A DNA stretch of 32,000 nt, taken from contig NZ_CP195536.1 of NCBI RefSeq assembly GCF_051307035.1, positions 1,110,001 to 1,142,000 of the forward strand, read 5' to 3'. The position numbers were made by a program, and so were the translations under genes. Below the pieces are notes generated by a model. That model worked only from the letters and a program-made list of their open reading frames with translations, was not told where the DNA came from and ran no database searches. Shown one piece after another: positions 24,921 to 32,000 of this stretch; positions within the stretch are counted from its first letter, which is position 1, and every line of letters begins with the position of its first letter. The DNA comes from Psychrobacter sp. DM4. Its GTDB lineage: Bacteria; Pseudomonadota; Gammaproteobacteria; Pseudomonadales; Moraxellaceae.

Positions 24921-24968
24921 ATGAACACATTTATTCGCTAAGAATCAGTTAGAGATTTAGGGTAAGTC

Positions 24969-25739
24969 ATGAGCAATACTAAAAAGAAGGGTTCAAGCGT
25001 TGAGCGAGTACTACAAATAGTAGAGGTGCTTGCTGCCTCACAACGGCCATTAAGTGTCAGCGATTTAGCAGAAACGTTAGAAGTGCCTGTGCCTAGCATG
25101 TATCGGCTATTGGACCAGTTGCAAAGTCTAGATTTCGTTCAATTGGATCTGCCAGGAAAAGTCACTTGCGGAAAACGCACGTACAAGCTTGCCATGAACT
25201 TATTGCAAAACAATGGTTTCAAAAATGAAAGGTTAGCCATACTGAACGAGCTATCAGCAAAAATAGGAGAGACGGTCGGTATTGCGATTTTACAAGACTT
25301 AGATGTGGTTTATATCGACCGCGTCATGTCAGATTGGCCACTACAGATATTTTTGCCTTCTGGCACTCATGTTCCTGTCTGGGCCAGCGCCAGTGGTAAA
25401 TTGTTGTTGTCCCAGTTGTCGGATGAAAAATGCGAGCGCATCGTTGAAAAAATGTCATTACATGCACTAACGACTAAGACTCAGACCGATAAAAAGCAGC
25501 TCATACAAACGATTACCGCAACGCGCGAGACGGGAGTAGGCGTAGATAATGAGGAGTTCATTCCAGGTATGGTCGCCTGTGCTGTCATGATTCCAAATGG
25601 CGATCAACAAGCTTTTGCGACGATATTTACCCATGGTCCGACAGTGAGAAAAAGTCTAGAAGAGCTGCTTAGCTACGTGCCACTAATGCAAGAGGCGGCC
25701 AAAGAGCTGTCCGTTATCTTTAGTCAAGATTATGAGTAG
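24969..25739 (+). CDS. IclR-family transcriptional regulator
   Basis: The N-terminal wHTH region reads VERVLQIVEVLAAS...LSVSDLAETLEVPVPSMYRLLDQL. A C-terminal IclR effector domain follows. Confidence 0.85.
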   Translation: MSNTKKKGSSVERVLQIVEVLAASQRPLSVSDLAETLEVPVPSMYRLLDQLQSLDFVQLDLPGKVTCGKRTYKLAMNLLQNNGFKNERLAILNELSAKIGETVGIAILQDLDVVYIDRVMSDWPLQIFLPSGTHVPVWASASGKLLLSQLSDEKCERIVEKMSLHALTTKTQTDKKQLIQTITATRETGVGVDNEEFIPGMVACAVMIPNGDQQAFATIFTHGPTVRKSLEELLSYVPLMQEAAKELSVIFSQDYE

Positions 25740-25978
25740 ACAAGTAGTTGCACAAACTTTTGACTGTGGTTTCTTGCTAATTAATAGCAGGTTTGTCACC
25801 ATAACATAGTGCTAAAAGCATTGTGCTCTATTGAGTGCTTACCTCTTCGAGTATTTAGACAACTATATTTCTCAAATAAAGAGAATGAAATTTTTCCCTT
25901 CACATCATTAGTTTATTTCTATAGAATACCGACCGTATGGTTTCTTTTATGTTTTAAAAAATTATAGTGGGTTTAAAT

Positions 25979-26323
25979 ATGAGTCCCATCACTGTTGCCT
26001 ACGGTTACTTAGCCATTGCTATCATTTGTGAAGTGGTTGGTACGACTTTTTTGGCAAAGTCAGAGCAGTTTACCCGTTTATTACCGACCTTGATTATGGG
26101 TGTACTTTATGCCATCTCATTTTATTTGTTGACACAAACCCTTAAAACAATACCGCTTGGTATTGCTTATGCATTGTGGGGCGGACTAGGAATTGTGCTG
26201 ACATCACTCGTAGGCTTGATGTTTTTTAAGCAAAGTCTTGATACAGCGGCAGTGGTTGGTATCGCTATGATTGTGGGCGGTGTGGTGGTCATGAACTTAT
26301 TCTCTAATTCTGTGGTGCACTGA
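25979..26323 (+). CDS. EmrE/Qac-type small multidrug resistance (SMR) transporter
   Basis: It has four TM helices and the conserved TM1 Glu (ICEVVGTTFLAKSEQF). It can be aligned to E. coli EmrE by eye along its length (TRL.P...., IPLGIAYALWGGLGIVL). I prefer the ATG at 25979 over the GTG at 25967. Confidence 0.85.
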   Translation: MSPITVAYGYLAIAIICEVVGTTFLAKSEQFTRLLPTLIMGVLYAISFYLLTQTLKTIPLGIAYALWGGLGIVLTSLVGLMFFKQSLDTAAVVGIAMIVGGVVVMNLFSNSVVH

Positions 26324-26324
26324 T

Positions 26325-26897
26325 ATGGAAACAGAAAACGCGTACAAACGTAAAAAACAGCCAGAAGTTGTCCGTCGGGCGCTGCTCGATCAGGCAGCAC
26401 GAATAACGCTAGAGCAGGGGTTGTCTAAAGTGACCTTTCAAGCGGTCGCTGATGCCGTTGGGGTGACCAAGGGCGGGGTGATGCATCATTTCGCGACCAA
26501 GAATGTGCTAATTACCGAAGTGTTTGATGATGCCATGGCAAAGTTTGAGGCCGAAGTAGATATGGCAATGGCTAAAGACCCTGTATCTTATGGCTCTTTC
26601 ACCCGGGCTTACATCGATGCCACCATTAGTCTCGGGCAAAAAGGGCAAGCCGAGTTCGATAATCAAGCGACGTTATATGTGTTGATGTTAGGTGATCGTG
26701 AGCTGCGCGAGCTGTGGGCTAAGTGGGCAAACGAGCAATTACAAAAGCACGAAGCGACTGACAATACCGAAACGCTTTGTATGGTGCGTTTGGTTGCTGA
26801 TGGTATTTGGCTCTCTGATTTTTCAGGCATCAACATATCGGACAAAAAATCGCTACGCGAGCGGTTAATAAAAATGACACAGCGTGAGAACGAATAG
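26325..26897 (+). CDS. TetR/AcrR-family transcriptional regulator (in the position usually held by betI)
   Basis: The N-terminal TetR HTH reads VTFQAVADAVGVTKGGVMHHF. Its ATG begins 1 nt after the SMR stop codon. It is only generically similar to BetI by eye. Confidence 0.85.
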   Translation: METENAYKRKKQPEVVRRALLDQAARITLEQGLSKVTFQAVADAVGVTKGGVMHHFATKNVLITEVFDDAMAKFEAEVDMAMAKDPVSYGSFTRAYIDATISLGQKGQAEFDNQATLYVLMLGDRELRELWAKWANEQLQKHEATDNTETLCMVRLVADGIWLSDFSGINISDKKSLRERLIKMTQRENE

Positions 26898-27028
26898 AGC
26901 TTAGTGATTTACTAAAGAAGTAGACACTTTACAACAGACACCCGTTAAATTTTTAAAACTCAAACAATGACGACATTATTTGGTATTAATTTTTATAAAG
27001 CTTTTGCCAATCGTCTTAAGGAATACCT

Positions 27029-28531
27029 ATGACCATTTCAAACGAAACAAAAAACATCATCGATTTAGAGCAAACCCAAACCGCCTATATCAATGGTCGT
27101 TATCTAGCAGTCGATGACACGTTATCTACTTTTGAAGATATCAACCCTGCGACGGGTGAAGTTTTAGCGACCATCCAACAAACGACCAATGAGCAAATCG
27201 AAGACGCTGTTAAAGCAGCACAAAAAGGTCAAAAAGTTTGGGCAGCACTGACAGCAGTTGAGCGTGGTCGAATCCTATCAAAGGCCGTTGAGATATTGCG
27301 CGAACGCAATGACGTACTGGCATTGCTCGAAACCAAAGATACAGGTAAAGCGTATTCTGAAACCAAGTATGTAGATATCGTCACTGGTGCGGATGTCGTT
27401 GAGTATTATGCGGGTCTGGCACCGATGATTGAAGGTCGTCAGATTCCGCTACGTGATACCAGTTTTGTTTATACTCGCCGTGAGCCACTTGGCGTGGTCG
27501 CTGGTATTGGCGCATGGAACTATCCGATCCAAATCGCGATGTGGAAAGCAGCACCAGCATTAGCCGCTGGTAACGCGATGATTTTTAAGCCATCAGAAGT
27601 CACGCCGTTAACGGCTTTAAAACTAGCAGAAATCTTCACAGAAGCGGGATTGCCAGATGGTGTCTTTAACGTCGTGCAAGGGAACTATGAAGTGGGTCAG
27701 GCATTGACGGATCATCCTGATATCGCAAAAGTATCATTTACTGGCGGCGTACCGACGGGCAAAAAAGTCATGTCAAGCGCGGCAAGCTCCTCGTTGAAAG
27801 ACGTGACACTAGAGCTGGGTGGTAAGTCACCATTAATCATATTTGAAGATGCAGATATTGATACGGCTGCGGACATCGCGATGATGGCGAACTTCTATAG
27901 CAGTGGTCAGGTATGTACCAATGGCACGCGCGTGTTCGTACCCAAGTCATTACAAGCCAAATTTGAAGAAGCTATTTTAACGCGTGCCAATCGTATTAAG
28001 TTGGGTGATCCAATGGATGAGAGTATCAACATGGGACCATTGGTCAGCTTCCCGCATATGCAAAGAGTGCTTGGCTATATCGAGCAAGGTAAAGCAAGTG
28101 GCGCACGATTGCTAACGGGCGGTGACCGTGTGACGACAGGCGAGTTGGCAAGCGGCGCATTCGTTGCCCCGACTGTTTTCACTGACTGCACCGATGAGAT
28201 GACTATCGTACGTGAAGAGATATTTGGTCCAGTGATGTCGATATTGACTTATGAGACCGAAGAAGAAGTCATTCGCCGTGCCAATGATACCGAGTACGGC
28301 TTGGCAGCAGGGGTGGTAACCGCTGATTTGACTCGCGCACATCGAGTGATCGGTCAGATTGAAGCGGGTATCTGTTGGTTAAATACGTGGGGCGAGTCAG
28401 CTGCTCAAATGCCAGTCGGCGGTTACAAGCATTCAGGTGTTGGCCGCGAAAACGGCATTGAAGCTCTTGAGTATTATACGCAGACCAAATCTATCCAAGT
28501 AGAGTTAGGCGCGTTTGAGTCTGTATTTTAA
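27029..28531 (+). CDS. betB: Betaine-aldehyde dehydrogenase
   Basis: An ALDH with catalytic motifs ([21 protein letters not shown]), lying directly upstream of choline dehydrogenase. AAGGA lies 6 nt upstream of the ATG. Confidence 0.9.
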   Translation: MTISNETKNIIDLEQTQTAYINGRYLAVDDTLSTFEDINPATGEVLATIQQTTNEQIEDAVKAAQKGQKVWAALTAVERGRILSKAVEILRERNDVLALLETKDTGKAYSETKYVDIVTGADVVEYYAGLAPMIEGRQIPLRDTSFVYTRREPLGVVAGIGAWNYPIQIAMWKAAPALAAGNAMIFKPSEVTPLTALKLAEIFTEAGLPDGVFNVVQGNYEVGQALTDHPDIAKVSFTGGVPTGKKVMSSAASSSLKDVTLELGGKSPLIIFEDADIDTAADIAMMANFYSSGQVCTNGTRVFVPKSLQAKFEEAILTRANRIKLGDPMDESINMGPLVSFPHMQRVLGYIEQGKASGARLLTGGDRVTTGELASGAFVAPTVFTDCTDEMTIVREEIFGPVMSILTYETEEEVIRRANDTEYGLAAGVVTADLTRAHRVIGQIEAGICWLNTWGESAAQMPVGGYKHSGVGRENGIEALEYYTQTKSIQVELGAFESVF

Positions 28532-28585
28532 TAAACTATATTTTATTAATTCTTATTTTAAACAGACTATATTATGGAGCATTTT

Positions 28586-30283
28586 ATGACATCAACCACA
28601 CCTGAGTATGACTACATCATCGTTGGCGCAGGCTCAGCAGGAAATGTGCTGGCAATGCGTTTGACCGAAGATGCCAACATTAAGGTGTTGCTGTTAGAAG
28701 CGGGTCGTCCAGACCATCGCTTAGACTTTCGCACGCAGATGCCAGCGGCGCTCGCCATGCCGTTGCAAGGCACCACTTATAACTGGGGATACAAAACCGA
28801 TCCCGAGCCGAATATGAATAATCGCGTGATGGACTGCGGTCGCGGTAAAGGTCTTGGCGGCTCATCGTTGATTAATGGTATGTGCTATATCCGTGGCAAT
28901 GCGCTCGATTTTGACGATTGGGCGAAAATCAAAGGTTTAGAAGATTGGACTTATTCAGACTGTCTGCCTTACTTTAAAAAGCTAGAAAACTGCGACGCTG
29001 GCGAAAACGATTATCATGGCGTGGGTGGTCCAGTTGAGATGACTACTTCAAAGCCAGGAGTCAATCCGCTGTTTGAAGCGATGATTGAAGCGGGCGTACA
29101 AGCTGGCTATCCAAGCACTGATGATCTAAATGGCTATCAGCAAGAAGGCTTTGGGCCAATGGATCGCTTTGTGACGCCCAATGGTCGCCGCGCATCAACG
29201 GCTCGCGGTTATCTTGACCGTGCCAAGCCGCGTAGCAATATCACGATTTTGACTGGTGCATTGACCGATGTCATCTTGTTCGATGGTAAGCGTGCTGTCG
29301 GTGTCAAAGTAGAACATCAAGGTCAAACTAAAAACTTTTACGCATCTCGTGAAGTGATTGTTTCATCGGGCGCGATTGCCACACCGCAACTGTTGCAGCG
29401 CTCTGGCATTGGTCCTGGTCAATGGCTTAAAGATGTAGGCGTGACTGAGATTTTAGATTTACCGGGTGTCGGTAATAATTTACAAGACCATCTAGAGCTG
29501 TATATGCAGTATGAATGTAAGCTACCGGTCTCAATTGCACCTGCCAATAAATGGTGGAACAAGCCAGCGATTGGTGCGGAATGGCTATTTAATGGCACAG
29601 GGCTTGGTGCTTCAAATCAGTTTGAAGGTGGCGGCTTTATCCGTACCGATGAGAAATTTACGCATCCTAATATTCAGTATCATTTCTTGCCGTTAGCAGT
29701 GCGCTATGATGGTCGTAGCGCGGTCAAATCACATAGCTTCCAAGCGCATGTCGGTTCATTGCGCTCGCCAAGTCGTGGTCGTGTCAAGCTGACCTCAAAA
29801 GACCCAAGCGCGCATCCAAGTATCTTATTTAACTATATGTCTCATGACCAAGACTGGCAAGAGTTCCGTGCTGCCATGCGCATCACTCGTGAGATTATGC
29901 ATCAGCCAGCGCTTGACCCTTATCGTGGACGTGCTATTGCGCCGACCGATGATCTAGTGACCGATGCGCAGTTAGATGAATATGTCCGTAACCATAGTGA
30001 GACGGCTTATCATCCTTCTTGTACTTGTCCAATGGGCGAAGGTAATGATTCGGTCGTCAATGGCGAAGGGCTGGTACATGGTATCGATGGTCTGCGAGTC
30101 GTTGATGCCTCTATCATGCCCAACATCATCAGTGGCAATCTCAACGCAACCACTATTATGTTGGCAGAAAAAATCGTTGATAAGATGCGCGGCGTACAGC
30201 TGCCACGCTCAACAGCGGACTATTATACGGCCAATGGTGCACCATTGAGAGCTGAGCCGATGCGTGCTTATGGTTCTGTTTAA
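28586..30283 (+). CDS. betA: Choline dehydrogenase (GMC oxidoreductase)
   Basis: The N-terminus [22 protein letters not shown] parallels E. coli BetA, and GMC signatures run throughout. I prefer the ATG at 28586 (GGAG 6 nt upstream) over 28574. Confidence 0.93.
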   Translation: MTSTTPEYDYIIVGAGSAGNVLAMRLTEDANIKVLLLEAGRPDHRLDFRTQMPAALAMPLQGTTYNWGYKTDPEPNMNNRVMDCGRGKGLGGSSLINGMCYIRGNALDFDDWAKIKGLEDWTYSDCLPYFKKLENCDAGENDYHGVGGPVEMTTSKPGVNPLFEAMIEAGVQAGYPSTDDLNGYQQEGFGPMDRFVTPNGRRASTARGYLDRAKPRSNITILTGALTDVILFDGKRAVGVKVEHQGQTKNFYASREVIVSSGAIATPQLLQRSGIGPGQWLKDVGVTEILDLPGVGNNLQDHLELYMQYECKLPVSIAPANKWWNKPAIGAEWLFNGTGLGASNQFEGGGFIRTDEKFTHPNIQYHFLPLAVRYDGRSAVKSHSFQAHVGSLRSPSRGRVKLTSKDPSAHPSILFNYMSHDQDWQEFRAAMRITREIMHQPALDPYRGRAIAPTDDLVTDAQLDEYVRNHSETAYHPSCTCPMGEGNDSVVNGEGLVHGIDGLRVVDASIMPNIISGNLNATTIMLAEKIVDKMRGVQLPRSTADYYTANGAPLRAEPMRAYGSV

Positions 30284-30297
30284 ATTAAATATTAATA

Positions 30298-30327
30298 AGA
30301 AGGCCTTTTTACATAAAGGTCTTTTTT
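30298..30327 (+). terminator. Rho-independent terminator after betA
   Basis: AGGCCTTT (30301-30308) pairs with AAAGGTCT (30315-30322) with one G-U pair, and a T-run extends to 30327. Confidence 0.55.
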
Positions 30328-30449
30328 ATCCGCGCTACTGTTTTAGAAAACGAATACCATTAAAATTGATTTTTTAATGACTTACCTTGTTGCTTAAATA
30401 ATTACCTAAGTGGTCATTACTTGAGCAACAAATTTTTATTTATTGGTAC

Positions 30450-30500
30450 TGCTTTGTGCGTCATGCGGTTATCAGTCATAAAGTTATGACGGACAAAGCA
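30450..30500. promoter_or_regulatory. 15-bp inverted repeat in the betT-like leader/promoter
   Basis: TGCTTTGTGCGTCAT (30450-30464) and ATGACGGACAAAGCA (30486-30500) are complementary at 14 of 15 positions, with a 21-nt spacer. The repeat ends 38 nt before the ATG. Confidence 0.4.
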
Positions 30501-30538
30501 ATATCAGACCCTGTTTAATTTACCTATTGAGGTCTTTT

Positions 30539-32000
30539 ATGTACAGCTCGCCATCAAAAGATGCGACGAAACCCCTGACTCTAAATAAGACGGTTTTTTT
30601 AGGTTCAGCTATTATTTCTATTTTATTAATAATCTGGACAATTGCATTTCCAGATTATAGTGAGGCATTATTAAGCTCAAGTATGGCATGGGTATCAGAG
30701 AGTTTTGGCTGGTATTACATGTTGGTAGTTGCCGCTTATAGTATATTTGCGTTATTCGTTGGCTTCTCCAAGTATGGTGATATCAAGCTTGGTCAAGATC
30801 ATGAAAAAGCTCAGTTTCCCTTTTTAGCGTGGGCCGCGATGCTGTTCTCCGCTGGTATCGGCATTGATTTATTATTCTTTGGTGCGTCTGAGCCGTTGAT
30901 GCATTATCTGACGCCGCATACTGGTTTAGAGCCTGCCAGTGAGGCGGCTATGCGTGAAGCACTTGCGCAGACCTTTTTACATTGGGGTCTACATGGCTGG
31001 GGCATTTATGCGCTAATCGGGATGGCATTGGCGTACTTTGCTTATCGCAAAAACATGCCATTAGCTTTGCGTTCACCACTGACGCCTATCTTTGGCGAGC
31101 GCTTAATTAAAGGCTGGCTTGGTGATGGTATCGATACCTTTGGTGTGGTTTGTACCTTGATGGGTATCGCGACCAGTTTGGGTATTGGTGTATTGCAAGC
31201 CAATGCGGGTTTGACTCATGTGTTTGGGATTGAATCCAGCAAAATGGTTCAAACCTTTATCATCATAGGTGTGGTCGCTGCCGCAGCGATCTCTGCGATG
31301 ACTGGTGTGGAAAGAGGCGTCCGCCGTTTATCCGAATTTAATATGCTATCGTCGATATTGCTATTAATCGCGATATTGGTGATGGGTAACACGGTATATT
31401 TGCTGAATACCTTTACCCAAAATATTGGTCAATACTTCCAAACCATCGTTTTCAAAACCTTTGATGTGTATGCCTATGACGGTACTGCTGGTGCCGATTG
31501 GAAATCAGGCTGGACGATATTTTTCTGGGCATGGTGGGTCGCTTGGGCGCCATTTGTAGGTTTGTTTATCGCGCGTATTAGCCGTGGTCGTACCTTGCGT
31601 GAGTTTGTGTTTGGCGTGATGTTTATCCCACTTGGTTTCATTTTTGCATGGTTCTCTATCTTTGGTAATTCAGCGATAGATTTGGTCGCCAATGGTGCAA
31701 CCGAACTTGGCGAAATCGCTGTTAATGATGCAGCGATGGGTATGTTTGCCTTGTTTGAGTACTTTCCTTACAGCGAAGTGCTATCATTTGCCGGTGTTGT
31801 GATTGGGTTAGTATTCTTTGTGACTTCAGCTGACTCAGGCGCTTTAGTACTCGCGAACCTAAGCTCAAGAGGCATGACCAATGATACCGACGCACCAGTT
31901 TGGTTACGCTTATTTTGGGCAGCAGCGACCGGTCTTATTACCTTAGGCTTATTGTTTGCTGGTGGTTTTGCCTCATTACAGTCAGTATCTGTGATTGCCG
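30539..32000 (+). CDS. betT: BCCT-family choline/betaine transporter, BetT-like, 3' end beyond the window
   Basis: It is missing from the ORF track because no stop is reached. The ATG at 30539 has GAGG 6 nt upstream. My own translation gives MYSSPSKDATKPLTLNKTVFLGSAII... and the BCCT signature WTIFFWAWWVAWAPFVGLFIARISRGRTLREF. The symbol is assigned from its position next to betBA. Confidence 0.85.
   Translation, partial: MYSSPSKDATKPLTLNKTVFLGSAIISILLIIWTIAFPDYSEALLSSSMAWVSESFGWYYMLVVAAYSIFALFVGFSKYGDIKLGQDHEKAQFPFLAWAAMLFSAGIGIDLLFFGASEPLMHYLTPHTGLEPASEAAMREALAQTFLHWGLHGWGIYALIGMALAYFAYRKNMPLALRSPLTPIFGERLIKGWLGDGIDTFGVVCTLMGIATSLGIGVLQANAGLTHVFGIESSKMVQTFIIIGVVAAAAISAMTGVERGVRRLSEFNMLSSILLLIAILVMGNTVYLLNTFTQNIGQYFQTIVFKTFDVYAYDGTAGADWKSGWTIFFWAWWVAWAPFVGLFIARISRGRTLREFVFGVMFIPLGFIFAWFSIFGNSAIDLVANGATELGEIAVNDAAMGMFALFEYFPYSEVLSFAGVVIGLVFFVTSADSGALVLANLSSRGMTNDTDAPVWLRLFWAAATGLITLGLLFAGGFASLQSVSVIA

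Noticed and set aside
26901-26915. TTAGTgatttACTAA just after the TetR stop, considered as a bet operator
   Set aside because: The arms are only 5 bp and the site lies immediately at the stop codon rather than near a plausible promoter. Evidence is insufficient.
1-32000. A search for CRISPR arrays, tRNA/rRNA genes, IS elements, integrases and prophage genes
   Set aside because: I found no regularly spaced direct repeats, no cloverleaf-like or rRNA-like segments, and no transposase, integrase or phage-like translation on either strand.

Overview
The window looks like a chromosomal segment from a moderately AT-rich gammaproteobacterium. The gene content and one REP-like palindrome suggest Moraxellaceae or a Psychrobacter-like organism, but that is inference only. 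It is mostly a dense mosaic of catabolic and osmolyte genes. In order these are: an aldehyde dehydrogenase 3' end, an M19 dipeptidase homologue, a BCCT transporter and a translationally coupled pair of unrecognisable proteins (586 and 241 aa). Next come an orphan TonB-like protein and a four-gene secreted/envelope operon on the minus strand (DUF4331-like, acidic lipoprotein, TPR, long-form HupE/UreJ-like permease). A divergent beta-oxidation module follows: IclR and acyl-CoA dehydrogenase face enoyl-CoA hydratase, a 525-aa 3-hydroxyacyl-CoA dehydrogenase and a PcaF/PaaJ-like thiolase. After that are NAD-malic enzyme, a decayed valine/propionate-type cluster (Fe-ADH, mmsA, enoyl-CoA hydratase, truncated 3-hydroxyisobutyryl-CoA hydrolase) with a divergent IclR regulator, an EmrE-type SMR pump coupled to a TetR regulator, and betB-betA plus a betT-like BCCT transporter that runs off the 3' end. 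I saw no rRNA, tRNA, CRISPR array, transposase, integrase or phage genes. The best candidates for an undescribed system are the DUF4331/lipoprotein/TPR/HupE-like operon (7666-11907) and the orphan 586/241-aa gene pair (3699-6181). For the operon I infer periplasmic metal handling from predicted N-terminal His motifs. All family assignments come from reading the supplied translations by eye. No searches were run.
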